Assembly (NCBI GenBank): GCA_977020255.1
Contig: CDROCS010000412.1
Span: 1 to 64,000 of the forward strand
Length of the DNA: 64,000 bases
Direction of reading: 5' to 3'
DNA from: Obrimoposthia wandeli
Taxonomy: Eukaryota
Both the position numbers and the translations under genes were made by a program. Position 1 is the first letter of the stretch; every line of letters starts with the position of its first letter. The notes beneath the pieces were generated by a model, which was not told where the DNA came from, did not search any database, and was given only the letters and a program-made list of their open reading frames with translations. Shown in pieces: positions 1 to 13,301 of this stretch.

Positions 1-169
1 TTGGCTCCAACCAATATTTCAATGCTATTCTTGTTATATCATTATTTTTAATTCTGATAAAATTTACCCTTAATTTTTCCAGAAAATATCATCGGCAAGC
101 CGATCCACTTCATTGTCTCTATTTATAGTGTATTATTCATTTGAAACAATAAGTTTAAACGGGGTTTGC

Positions 170-640
170 TTATAGAAAAAAGATAACAAGATGTAATAAG
201 ATATATTTTCTAAAAATCAAATCAACTATGCTTGGATAATCAAAATTTTTCAATCCCAATATCATAACTTTACCACTGGAAAATATATTTACACATAGCG
301 GTTTAAACTTCAAATAACTGAGAGCAGGAAATATTTCTGGTTCAAACATGCATTCTTCTTTCAGTTTCTGCAGTTTTAAAAAAGATTTTATCTGTTTCCC
401 GAGATTAGCCGAAATTGTGATTGATTGTATTGCAGTGATTTGAATTCCAAATGGTAAATTGAACCCAAGCATTGGTATTTGCATCCCATAACACGACACT
501 TCCAAAGAATTCAATATAAAAATAAAATAAAACTAACCTGTAGGAAAAATAACAACTGTGAAATTGTCAAACTTTCTAAATATTTTCGGCTTCCATTCAT
601 TGAATGGTAAGTACGAAACATCATCTTCTGTTCTTACCTT
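170..640 (-). pseudogene. Divergent, compact TATA-binding-protein-like gene, probably intron-containing and of viral/mobile-element type
   Basis: ORF 170..514 has the second TBP repeat signature FEPEIFPAL...VNIFSSGKVMILGLK. Upstream on the same strand, KPKIFRKFDNFTVVIFPT resembles the first repeat and is followed by a candidate 39-nt GT..AG intron (537..499). KCRVMGCK lies just downstream in a shifted frame, and there is a stop upstream. Confidence 0.65.
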
Positions 641-3600
641 TTATAATTTATATTTACGAGTTTCATTAGGACTGAAATTGTATTCTGTAAAATCTTCTTT
701 ATATATGTCTGAACCTGCTTTTTTATTGCATCGCTTCTTGTAATTATCTTGCAAACCTATTATAATTGGATGATATATTTCTTCCAATCAATTTTGATTT
801 TTAATATAGATTTAGTCCAATCAAATTCAATGCTTTAGTTATATTAACCAATGAGATTCATGTCTTGTTAGAAATTAGTATAAAAGAATGCGCCATTGAG
901 GACAAATCACGGTAAATGCATTCATATCAAAGACAATTATCAACAATGGATGATAGCCAACGGGTATTAAGCGATGACGAAGAAATGTTTGAAGAATCGG
1001 ATAAGGATATGTATGAAGAAGTGAAACAATATTTCAAATACAAAGTCAGATTCTTGGAAGAAGGCTCAACTGCTTAAAATCCTGTGACAATTGAAAGAAG
1101 AAAGTTCAGCTACTATCTATCAGGTATTCAAAAACCTGATTTTCAATATCTTAAACAGAAAATAGAAAAGGCAGTTCGAATTTTACTTTCAATAAGAACG
1201 AATTTTATATTCGAGGAGCCGATGAAGCATTTCTAGATGACTATGGAAGATATGTTGATATTGATGCGTTTCCGAAAAAAAGAAGCAATGGACTGTAACA
1301 ATTCGACTTTATGGTTATAAGAAAAGATGAAATGGGAACAAAGTTGCCTATGTGGAAAATTGAACGTGTCATATTTATATGTTTTTAACTTTTGTGTGTA
1401 ATAAATTGTAATCGGTTTTACTATGTTTCTTCATTTAATAATCAGTTTTATTTGTATCTTATTTGTATCTTATGTGTATTTTTTATAAACATTGTTTTTA
1501 ATCAGTTTCTATTTTAGAATGGATAAGAGATGTGTAGCAAATTTTTATTATCCTGAAAGATTTTCAAAGGAAAACTATGTGTAATATATTAAAGAGGCAT
1601 CAAATTATACGAGTTATGAATCCTGTGAAAAATATCAAAAGTGGAGAAAATATCTCATCGAAATTTTAACAACAACTGATTTTGATCAACTGAAAAATAT
1701 TTTGGGATTTTTACATTCCTGATTGGTGTATATGAAGCTGAAATTGTTTCGAGCTTGAAACGGATCCCAGCCTGGATTTTAAAGATGATCTAGATATTTG
1801 ATCGCCCAATTTTAGATGAAGAACTATGGAATATCTCAATACGTCTCAATGGATATTTTGTTGATGACGGGAAAATGCAGCCACTCTGAACTTTGGAAAG
1901 TGAAGCCAATATGTTGTTTTATGTTTAATAAATATGTTGAAAATACTTTGTCTTGTATTTTGTTTTTGCTCCTCTAAATTATATAGATCTGACCGATTTT
2001 TCTCCTCTAAATTCTAAAACTGACATATATTTAACATGTAGTACTTATTAATCTAAAATCTTTCTTAAAAATAGTAATATTTGAAATCTCGTCTGCGAAA
2101 AAGCCGTCGGGGTCAATATGGATTCTCGTGGTCTTCTAACCACTTTGAGATTCATGGTAAAAGTTTAACAAATATGGTGGGGTGGGGGTACTCTTCCTTC
2201 CCCTTTGGGTGGAATGGAGACACGAAATTTCACTCCACACATCTACACGAAATTTCACTCCACACACCTACACGGTTTTAAAGGACAGTAGGGGGGAGGG
2301 GGTGGATTAGACCGAATACACATCCACCTACTTACAGCAATCTCTGTTTTCTCCTAAGTCAGAAGAAGCAGCAGATTCCAGACTGTAGACAGGTAGAGGC
2401 TGCTTTTGTTGTGACAAGGACCCGAGGCAGATAGAGACATCACAGGTTGGCCGCTGCTGAATGGAGTGGATTGGCAGGAAAACATCTAACTTAATTGGGG
2501 TTATTTAATTTCCTTATAAAATTCACCTCTATCGTAGATCGAACTAGCCAGCAATGGCTCATTTGATTTGCGATCGAATCACCCTTCTTCATCACTATAT
2601 TTACTTCTCTGAGTTAAATTAAATCGCAGGATTTTCTAAACTGCGAAGTCAGAGATAACAACTTGTCAACTGCCTGATGAGCCCAAGGCAGAGCCAAATA
2701 GTCAATGTTCGATTTCTAACTATTTTTAAATTAAACCCAACATATATGTATTTTTATAGACCTATTTCTTTTCGTAGCATATTATATTGTAGTAGGATAT
2801 CGTAATCCTGACCATTATTTTATATAACTATAATTTAAACTAAAATATGAAACAACATTAAAACATAAGATTATGTATCGACTAAATATACGCACACCGG
2901 GGCTAAATAAGTTCTAGCTACAGGTAATCGATTTCGTTCATCCGATAGTGGACCACTCCAAATTACTCCCAGTAATGTTCCTTACTTTCTACTCAAAATA
3001 ATCAATTTAATTTATATTCATATTTTTGCTTTAATAAACAAATATTGTAAATAACTTTAGGAACTATTAGAAATATATCATATTTGAATTTTAAAATTTA
3101 TTTCAAAACTGTTTTTTATTATTGATATCGATAATAATAAACATGATTAATTTTAATAACTTTTCATGTAAGAACATATTTCAGAAAATTAATAAATTCA
3201 CTATAAACAAATATCAGAAAATTTGATAAAATATAACTAATTCTAGGTAATTTGTTAGTTATTACTTTGAAATATAATAATAAAATATATTACTACTTAA
3301 TCATTTGTTTATTTTATATATAGTCAATTTTTTAAAGGTACACAATTTTAGAGCAGTCAAATTTATTATTTTTAACATATCTATTTATTTAAAAACAATT
3401 AAATTAATTTTTTTGCAGGTTAAATAATTTCTTTTAGTATAAATATTATTTTTAAAGTAGTCAAATTATTTATTAATTTAAAAAAAAATTTAATTTATAA
3501 TAGTCAAATTAATTTTTGTAGGCTAAATAATATTTTCAGATTTAATATTTTTTTTATTCATTAATTTGTTATTATAATACTTTTAGAATTATTGAATTAG

Positions 3601-3879
3601 AAAATGGAATATGAGAAATAGGATTCAAATAATGAATCAATCAGTGAACCAGATTTAAGAACAATATAAGAGAAAAATTAAATAATCGGAAAATTGGAAA
3701 GATCTTTGAATCAAATTATGAATTTAAAAATTATTAATAAATTAATATAAAATTATTAGCCGCAAAAACAATTTATCTGGCCATAAAGTATACTATAAAT
3801 GTTATTTTAGTAAGAAAAATATATATAATCCATGCACTGCTGAAATGTATGCCCCTTTTCTAGCTGAAAGTTAAAAAAA

Positions 3880-4022
3880 CTTCATGGGAAAAAACGTGAG
3901 ATATTCTCATCGCCTTTTTGATGTTTGTAAAATTAAGATAGAAAACTTTTTCATATTCAATATGCATTTAAATTTGATAAGAGTCCGGAATTTCAATGGA
4001 AATTCATTGTCATACACAATTG
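3880..4022 (+). repeat. Dispersed repeat; uninterrupted paralogue of the sequence into which the 14.4-kb LTR element inserted
   Basis: Matches 10349..10429 joined to 24880..24946 (cttcatgg..aaaacgtgagatat..gaaaact..|caatatgcatttaaatt..cattgtcatacacaattg). Confidence 0.8.
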
Positions 4023-4203
4023 ATTTTAAGGTAATCTTATTTCTTTTTACATGCTGAACTTCATTCTAACCCAACCGGAGTTTTACTGTCATAGTAAAAT
4101 AGAAACTTACTTTTTTCACAATTATTTTAACTATGATAGCAATCACTTGATATGTAATGAAAACTAACAGAGTGAGTGGTTATGACGACATAATAAATAG
4201 TGA

Positions 4204-5643
4204 TGTAAGGAGTCAGATGGTATAAGAACATATAAGCCTTTTTAACAAATTTGAAGGTATGCTGAATCGGGTATAATGAAATGATGGTGTTGGAAGTGAG
4301 GATGTATAAAATATCAAATTGTCAGGAAATATGAGTTTAGCTTTATATGAAGCCTTAACTATGAAGACTTCTGAAGGTTTGTTGTTTCTAAATTTGAAGG
4401 GTCTATAACAACGCTGTCTAGTTGTAGGAAATCTTTTATTACTAAACACACTAAGTTAACACTTCTAATTACGTTCTAAAAATGACAAACTATTCCTAAG
4501 ACTTTCACAAAGTCTCTGTACAAGTGGGGATGAACCACGTATCGATTTTATTTCAGGGTTGGTATTAATGAGATTTCTAAATCAAACTCTTTTATCTCAA
4601 TCTGATTCTCTAAATCAAATTCCTTACATAAAACGGACAACTTTCTTTTCTTAGGAACTATAACAAAACCAAAAACTTGCTCTAATTTATAGAGACTTTA
4701 GCAAATTATAAATTGCAACAGAATCAAAACTTGCTCTAATTTGTAGAGACTTTTAGTAATTTATAAATTGTACGAAATCAAAAAACTTGCTCTAATTTAT
4801 AGAGACTTTCAGTAATTTATAAATTGTACGAAATCAAAAACTTTCACAATTAATACTTTAAATACTCGTTATTGCCCAGTGATTTTATACCTTTATTTGA
4901 GTTACTGGTGTCGATCCACGAAGTCGGCTGCCGCGGTCCTACTTTTGCTCAGTTCCAGTTGCTGGAAAAGATTTGGGCTGATCGCTCTGATGCCTCGAAT
5001 TACGCTCCTGGATTTTCTGGCTCCGTTTTGGTTGCAATGTCTCCTTTCTCGGATTCTATCACGAGATTTTCAATTATTTTTTTCTTGGCCGTCAGTCAAT
5101 AACAATTCCTTTTATATCTTCAACTTACCCAGTGGCTGGATGCACTCAGTTTCCTCGTGTGCTTCCCCGGCTGTCGCTAAGTGGTTTCTCGACTCCTAAA
5201 TAAATAAGTAACTTGCACTTAATTTAAGTGCTCTTACTTTCGTTGTTGACTTCCGGCTGTCGGTTGGTTCTGGGGACTGGCTATCGGTGACTAAAAATCA
5301 ATTGCGCTAATGGCGCTAATGCACTTGTCTGAGTGCTTTGGTTTTCTCAATTCCGTTTTTCTTCTTAATTGGCCTTCTTTCTTTCTTAATTCTTCTTTTA
5401 TATCAACTTTTATTCTTAATTTAACTCTTGTTTTTTGGGGCCCTTTCAATCTAAACTCTCCTTTATATACTTACACACACTTACACATGACCTTCGTGGT
5501 CCTAATATTTTCCCGATGGTTTTATTTTTATAATTTTAATTTTATAATTAATTTTATCTTAATTATAACCTTGCTTTCAAGGATTTTCATTTTAGTATAA
5601 AAATGATTAATTATTTTAATTTTATCAAAACCTATTCCTAACA
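4204..5643. mobile_element. Possible solo LTR or LTR fragment
   Basis: TGTAAGGA...TCCTAACA near-inverted TG/CA ends, internal tandem repeat, GC-richer core with TATA-like gatataaaagg on the minus strand. No target duplication found. Confidence 0.3.
4672..4845. repeat. Tandem repeat, ~55-bp unit, about 3 copies
   Basis: aaaacttgctctaattt(a/g)tagagact... recurs at 4672, 4726 and 4782, with a partial copy at 4837. Confidence 0.85.
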
Positions 5644-5844
5644 AGATCATACAAATTATGACATTCATAATTCATAATAAGTTATCGGTTTGACGTTCAT
5701 GCATTTGTTATTTAAACTTAACTCCTTGTTTTGAGAAGAAATATTAAGATTATTTCAAGACAGGACTCGAGTTTTCACTGGACAAAATGATTAGTCTAAA
5801 TTAAAACCACATGATAATATAGATAAACTAGATATACATATACA

Positions 5845-6238
5845 AATATCTTTATAAATAAACACATTTAAAACATATAATGCTCAGAAACACTTGTCCC
5901 ATACTAGCCAATTATAATAAAACTATTTGCATTTGATATAACAGAAACCTTAAAGAGATATTCCGTTTCAAAGTGAACTTTACCATTTATTTTTCCTAAA
6001 ATAAGATATATTTTCTAAATTTTCATTATATAGATCTCAAAATATCTCTATAAATAAACACATTTAAACTATAAAATACTCAGAAATCATCCTGTCTGAC
6101 TAGATGATTCCAATAAAATTATTTGTACTTGATATTTCACAAAAAGTACGGAAATATTCTTTTCCAACGACGGTTCTATCATTAATTTGACCAAAGATTT
6201 AATATATTTTCAGATTTTTCATCATATAGATCTCAATA
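5845..6238. repeat. Diverged tandem duplication, ~196-bp unit
   Basis: aatatct(t/c)tataaataaacacatttaaa...tatagatctcaa occurs at 5845 and 6041. Confidence 0.7.
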
Positions 6239-6247
6239 TAGAAAATT

Positions 6248-7704
6248 CAGTCTCTCTCTGTTAGTTTTATTTAGAATTTTATCCAAAAGTCAATAGAAGA
6301 GACGTTTTATAATATAAATTCACAAATATTTTTGCTAATTCTGGTTTACCCCTCACAATTGAGGATTCCATTTTAGATAAATTTTCATATGGCGATCGTT
6401 CCGTGATAAGAAGAAGAGGCCTGTGGCAGTACAACAATAACAACGCAATTCAAGACAATATTGAACATGATTTTAGTGACAGCACAGAAAGTCCACCATC
6501 GTGCAACCTGGAATCCGAAGACAACAACAATGAGTACTTCACGAGAAGCAAATCAACAGACGACAAAGGACAATCTCATATTAATCGAATCGGTATTGAA
6601 CAAGACCACATGGCAAGGCCACAAGACCCGGCATTGGGTGAAATACTCCAGCTATTGCGTGGCATGGACATGCACCTACGTTTACCGGATAATACTCCTG
6701 CTCCTACAGTATTACCTGGACCCATCGAGCTACAAAGCTACGGAAATGTCAAGCAGGATACCCTTAGGGCGCTCGTAGATAAAGACAAACGTTCTCAGCA
6801 CGAGGCAGAAGGTCTGTATAAGCTCAGCGAGCATATAGCACCTCTCGTGGCAGGGGACGATTTCCAAGTCGTGGTTACAACACGCGCCGAGGCCGTGGAC
6901 GCCCGATCACAATCAAAGAGTTCATTCGCTGCCACCAGAGTGCACATCCGTATGTAACTCAAGTCTCGCCAGTCAGCAATGCAGAAACAGGTGGTTTGCA
7001 ATCAACACAACCTGCGTACTTCAATGATTCGAGTGGTTGAAAGGTTTTCCACAGTAACAAAAGAGATGTGCTCAAGAAACCAGATCAACCGTCGCTTCTT
7101 GAAGCCTATAGGCGTAGCTTACTATTGGGAAACTTCACAGTGCTGGAAGATGACGGAAACAGCGTCAATCTCGACGCCCAGGTACATGCTCTAGCCACGC
7201 TTGGTTTTGCAAACTACGTAGCCCAAGTGCTGGAATGGCCATATGCGATTAATTATCTACACACAGATCTCTGGCGTAGTTGTTTCCTCTTTCCACAGAA
7301 TCAGGCTCCTACATGGCAATGGGACGAGCTACATGACAACGAGGTATAGGCTACAGATGCCACCCAGTTTTCAGTGGCAATAGTACAGTTGCGACCTACA
7401 CGACACATACACATGACGCTCAAGATTCCAGAAAAAAATATTTACATCCATGAAGCCAACCAAGGCCTTATTTGGACCTCAAAGACCAAGAGGATTCCGA
7501 GTGCCATGATTGAGTGGTGGATCCTGATAGCGCTGCAGATCTTGGTAACTATCAAATAGCTAAAAATACAATACATTATGTCAGAGCGGAATCCAGCAGA
7601 CAAGCCATCAAGAGACATCTTAGCCACGGCAGAACTAGAAGAGGATTCGACTCAGGCCTTTCAGGCGATGACATATGATATTTAAAACTAACAGAGAGAG
7701 ACTG
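6248..7704 (+). mobile_element. Element bounded by 21-22 bp inverted repeats, carrying a decayed tyrosine-recombinase-like coding region
   Basis: cagtctctctctgttagtttt (6248..6268) is the exact reverse complement of 7684..7704. Internal GC-richer ORF pieces (6403..6957, 7068..7349, later frames). The C-terminal AADLGNYQIAKNTIHYV and the paralogous RDYMFITIMLAN...LSAITIEEF resemble YR boxes. Confidence 0.45.
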
Positions 7705-7849
7705 GCATCTCTATATTTTTTGCCATATCTTATATGATAAACTCCCACCAATCACATCACGCCTGGAATTGTAGTTGGTAGGCTGAGAGTGATGTGACGG
7801 TAAGGAGCGACGGTTGATCCGGTTTTTTGGCCACATCTATTTTGTTACT

Positions 7850-8292
7850 GTGGAAAGCTTTCTAACCACTCGAATCATTGAAGTACGCAGGTTGTGTTGA
7901 TTGCGAACCATATGTTTCTGCATTGCTGACTGGCGAGACTTGAGTTACATACGGATGTGCACTCTGGTGGCAGCAAATGAACTCTTCGATTGTGATCGCG
8001 CTCAATTGTGGTAGTTGTACGTTGTTGTAAACGTTCGCCAACATTATTGTGATAAACATATAGTCCCGCCACCATCGCAAATAGGCTGGGTCACTATGGG
8101 AGGCCAGCTCCTCTACCAACCGGCGGGCGTCCACGGCCTCGGCGCGTGTTGTAACCACGACTTGGAAATCGTCCCTGCCACGGGAGGTGCTAGTGCGTCG
8201 GGCTTCGTACTTGCTGATCTCATCAGCTGATAAATCGTTGATGCGTGCCAATTTGGAGACTTTGGCCTCTGCAGCCGTCCACCCCACTCTCG
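7850..8292 (-). pseudogene. Inverted partial copy of the 6.4-7.1 kb coding region, retaining ~120 bp that is missing from the plus-strand copy
   Basis: Both copies encode DDFQVVVTTRAEAVDAR. The minus copy continues RLVEELASH...RDYMFITIMLAN...QLSA before rejoining at atcacaatc(g/a)aagagttcatt. Confidence 0.75.
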
Positions 8293-10429
8293 AATATAGA
8301 AAATTCAATTGGAGTGTTTATTCGTATTTCAGAAAAACATACTTATTTTAAACAAGATCCCGAAATGATTCCAGATTTTATTTTTCCTACGAACTTGTGA
8401 ACTTCAGATTTGAAAAGACATTTACAGTGATCTGCAAAATAAATCAAACAAGATCCTTTACATCGTAATGGTTTATTTTCTATTACATACGATATCGCTG
8501 CAGAAAAAGTACCAAAATCAGAATTACCTTAATTTATTAACAAATATACTTTGTAAACGTTGGTAGACAAAAATATAACCGAACTTCCGAAACCAAAGAA
8601 ATATTTTGGGTTTTTAAAATAAATATAAAGTGTCTAATTTCTTATGATTTCTTCTATTTCTTTCTCGCATTCTTTTCCCCTACTCATTAGTAGAATAAAC
8701 AATCTAATATAACTTATGTATATTTTAAGAGATCCTCATGTACCAAATCAGATAAAAGTACAACTTAAATGTAACTTAATAAAACTTAAAAGAAAAATAT
8801 TTGACTTAGGTAACGAATTCTTAGATAAGAATAATAATAATAAGCAAATTTAGTTGATTTAATATATGTAACTGATCTAAAAATATTTTTTTTAAATTAT
8901 AAATTTAAAACGGAATCAAATCCTAATTTTCGAAAGTGCAAATAGAAATACGACCTTAAAATTGTTCAGTTAACATTTGTAAAAATTAATGTGAATGTAA
9001 TGGCTTATTCGACGAGTTACAAGGACAAGTTAAATCGATTACAAGCGAAAAACCAATTTATCAGTGGCGACTGATAGTTCAGCACGATTCACTATCAACT
9101 GAAGGCTACCATATTTCTTCAGTACCTACTTACAATTTAACAGGTGCTGTTGACTCGCAGGTACCGACAAAAATATTTACGAAGTATAAAAATTTCTTTA
9201 CGACTAACATTTATGCATTTGAGCAGATTTCACACACTAAAATATATCAATAATATAAATCATATCAATTACGATTATAGAACTGATAAACTACCATTAT
9301 GCTGAAAGCAATAAAATTGAAAATGCAAATCATCTGAATGACACAACCAAAGGTCCCTATACTAGTCAGGGTTTAAGGGTTGATAGCAAGATAGGTAATG
9401 CAGATAAATCGTATAGAAAACATGGACGTTGAATTGGAATTATGTAGTCACCGTTATCAATTCGTTGCATCTGAATAGTTTTCTTATGTTGCAGTGTAGT
9501 CCTCGGCTTTTCCAGACAAAGTATGAAACTTGATTCGATTTTGTTGATCTATGCGTATTCAATTCGATTTTCGTACCTCAATGCAAAAAATGTCTAATAA
9601 GGAAATATTGAAAGACTTTTATAAATAAAATATAGTGACGTTCGAAAATATATATTTTATTTAATAAAGAGTTTAATTTTAAGTTCTAATAACAACTAAA
9701 GTATATGTCAAAATAATTTTCAAGAAAACATCATTTTATATCAATTATCAGACATTGTCTATAAATATAATCTTAAATTGAATAAAAAATAATCTTTCAA
9801 TAATTTTAGAAATGGCTTTTGATGGCGTTTACATGTTATGTACAATATACTGTATTTATGTATGAAAAGTAAACTATTTAGTTCAGAAGAATTTTATAGG
9901 TTAGATTACAGATTTAATATTATATGAAAATATATTCAAAGTTTAATATTAAATTAATAATGTTTGCTAATATATTATATATTTTATTTATAATAAAACG
10001 TTGTTTTAACTGTTTAATTGTATCTCAATTTTTGTTTAAAAAATTAATTAAATTATACAAATAATTTCGATTAACAATAGTAACATTTTTATTCTAAATA
10101 ATTTAAATATATGTCAACTTTAATAAATTTAAATAAAATAATATTCATATGATAACTGATTTTTTTGTATTTATTTTAATATGACTGATTTCACATCAAA
10201 AAGTTATCAGTGAAAACTCGAGTCCTGTTTCAAGAAACCTTTTTTTAATTATTGTCCCATGAAATTTTTAAAAATAATGCATTCTCACAAATTTATCCCT
10301 TATACGCTTTTTAATCTGAGAACATATGTTTCAATATCTTAAAATGGGCTTCATGGAAAAACGTGAGATATGCTCATCAAGCCTCTTTTGATGTTTGTAA
10401 AATTGAGATAGAAAACTGTTTCTCAGATT

Positions 10430-11383
10430 TGTTGGGTTGTTAATAAAAATAATTAATTTTTGTCAATTTAATTTGACATTTAAAAGTAATCTAAAATGCC
10501 CACAATTAGGGAGGTTTTCAAATTCAGCCTCCGACGGGGTGGTCCCGTTTCGCCTTGCCAGGCTCATCAGGAAGGCGGCTAGTTTTTTTTGATAGAGATA
10601 AGAAAGTGGTTTTGACCACCAAAGATTTTTTCCGCCCAGAAAAGACAGCGGATGTGATTGCGGTTTGATGCAATCTGGCTGATCATCATCATCATCATCA
10701 TCATCCTCATCCATCATCCTATCGGTCAGCATCCACACAGTCACTTCTATCCTGCCTTCCTCGGATGCAGTTGATGGTGCATCGCAGAGATTGTGTGTGC
10801 AACGGAGATCGATGCAGTTCAATCCACCTGATTGCAATGGCTTTGCCAATGCCACATGCTTGCCGATTGCCGCGGGATCTTCCTCTCAGCCTACATTGAC
10901 AACAGTAACAGCAGTGAAAGAGACATACACACAGATTATCCGTTTCACCTGTTGCTGCACATCCTGTGTACTGCTGTCATTTCACATATCTGGCCTTTAC
11001 ACAAGTCCACAATCTGTCGGCTACTGCATATTGATTGATTTTTGGCAGAGGATGGAGGCTGTGTGTTGACTTTACACTTTTGATATATAAAATGCAATTG
11101 GGATTTTGTCAAGACAGAAACTGATTTTATCAAATACACAAAAATTATTATAAAAATATTTTCAGCAAACAATTGATTGAAATCAACAATTTGATATTAC
11201 AGAAACGAAGTTATTTCATCAACAATTTGATATTACAGAAACGAAGTTATTTCATCAACAATTTGATATTACAGAAACAAAGTTATTTCATCAACAATTT
11301 GATATTGCAGATTCAATTAATAAATTAGATTTTGATCATTATTTGATTTTTGGAGGGATTAACCACATATACCATTTATAACA
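10430..11383 (+). repeat. 5' LTR (954 bp)
   Basis: TGTTGGGTTG...TTTATAACA. By eye it differs from the 3' LTR by about four substitutions and one ATC unit. Contains a 36-bp tandem repeat at 11182..11313. Confidence 0.95.
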
Positions 11384-11386
11384 ATT

Positions 11387-11404
11387 TGGTGAGCTCGACA
11401 TCTC
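11387..11404 (+). promoter_or_regulatory. Primer-binding site, possibly tRNA-Trp-like
   Basis: TGGTGAGCTCGACATCTC begins 3 nt after the LTR. Its complement ends ...GTCGAGCTCACCA, resembling the eukaryotic tRNA-Trp 3' end (..GTCGGGGTCACCA). tRNA identity is inference. Confidence 0.6.
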
Positions 11405-12046
11405 GAACACAAACAAAATTCAGGTCGGAATTTCTTCATTTATTTATTTATTTTCTTTTTCATGCGATATTTCTGTAATATTTCTGATTTTTTTTTTATC
11501 ATTTCTTTAAAAACATTTGCTTTAATTATATATAAATTAATTTAAAATAAAAAACTATTTAGTCAAAACTGGATTATTTTTGATAGTATTATTTATTATT
11601 TCTCAGAAATTTTATAAAAATTGATTAATTGTGATTTTTGAGTATATCTACATTTAAATAAAATTTTTAAGTGTATGCTAAGAAATTTTGCAAGTCGTAG
11701 TAGGATTTTAGCATAAGCTAACACTTATTTTGTGAAACTCTGTCAAACTTTAAGTTAAAGTATATTATCAGAATATATTGTTGATTTGCAGTGTATTGTG
11801 TTTTCTAATTGTTGAGTAGCACAGTTTGGTTTAGTTCTTAGTAATTACTAGTAAAATTGATTTGATTTTATAAACTATATAATAATTTTGGAATTTAGTT
11901 ACATTTGCCTAAAGTTTTTGTCTACTTTGATTTTGTGACTACCTTATTTATTAAGAAATTAAAATTATCTTTTACATTTTTCGCTGCGAATTACTTGTGT
12001 ATTGTCTATTTTCATTTATTTTTAAGAATAACTTTGACTTTTTCAA

Positions 12047-12160
12047 ACTTTCATATAGTGAGGTGTTTGCAGCTTTGCGCACAAGCCTCGTAGGTCTAAA
12101 ATACATTTTCATAATTTTCATATAGTTGAGGTGTTTGCAGCTTTGCGCACAAGCCTCGTA
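12047..12160. repeat. Direct duplication of ~46 bp in the element 5' leader
   Basis: ttttcatatagt(t)gaggtgtttgcagctttgcgcacaagcctcgta occurs twice, about 68 bp apart. Confidence 0.8.
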
Positions 12161-13301
12161 AGATTAACATAATTTTGTTTCCTGAAACATAGTCGGGTCC
12201 TGTTCTCTAATTTTCTTTTATAATTTGAGTTGTGTTGATCATTTTAATCGTAAAAGTTATAGAAAAAATAATTTATTGGTTTTCGGAGTTCTGTTCACAT
12301 AAAGGCTAAACACTGGCTGTTGTCGGATAGAGTTTTGAACACTGACAAATATATTAAAAGAGTAATCAACAAACGAAGCACAACTCAAATACAATAAATT
12401 TTGAGAAAATTTTAACATTTTCCTATGAACTGGTTTACCAGTAAAGATTCGTTTTTTGAGAATTATAAATTGGAGTGGATTTATCTATTAGAGGCGTAAA
12501 AGTAAAATAAAAACTAAAAAGATAATAAAAGTTAAAATAATCATATAAATATATTTTTGAATAAAAAATAAAATTGATCAAAAAATTTAAAATTTTGTCG
12601 CAAATTGTCTTGTTTCCCAAGTTACGTCGAGTGCTATCATAAAGACTATATACTGGTTGGCGGTGGTAGTGCTCAAAGTGATAAGGGACAGAGATTTTTG
12701 AGAGAAATTTTTGAGTCTTGTTATTGTACTAAAAAATTAAAAAACAAAATAAAATAAAACTTCGGAAAGATAAATTTTCTCCAGATTTTCAGAGAGCGTG
12801 TTTTTAATATTGATAAGAGAGTTTGATTTTGAGATTGACTAAATAACTTTTACGAATTTCACCGAAATATTTTTAGTTTCAGTACACAGTACGCATTTTT
12901 CATTTTTGCAATATTTGATTTTGAAACTTTAAATAAATTACTAATAACACAAACCCAAAGATCTATCACAAAAACAGACACACAAAATAAGTAAACAAAA
13001 ACGTAGCGCTAGCCTTCACTGGAGAAGAATTCAAACAAGATTACTTAGGACAGACTCCAGTGAAAAAACGATTCAAAGACCCAAATCACAAATCAGTTTT
13101 ACAAGAAATAACGATTTACTTACACAGACTTCCCCACTCTCAGAACATCTGGACCTAACATTAACCTCAGATACAGAGAGTTTACCTTCACCACAAACAT
13201 CTGACTCGGATAGTTCGTCAGAGATAACGGAAGCAGTAGCCGTACCAGAACCACATATTGTACAAATAAACAACGAACAAATAATCGATCAACCTCAAAT
13301 A

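Noticed and set aside
920-1900. Decayed plus-strand coding-like sequence next to the TBP-like gene
   Set aside because: Many stops and no motif I can name.
10791-11172. Short Cys-rich ORFs in the LTRs (92, 68, 75 aa)
   Set aside because: Overlapping frames in a GC-rich block with no recognisable motif; duplication is explained by LTR identity.
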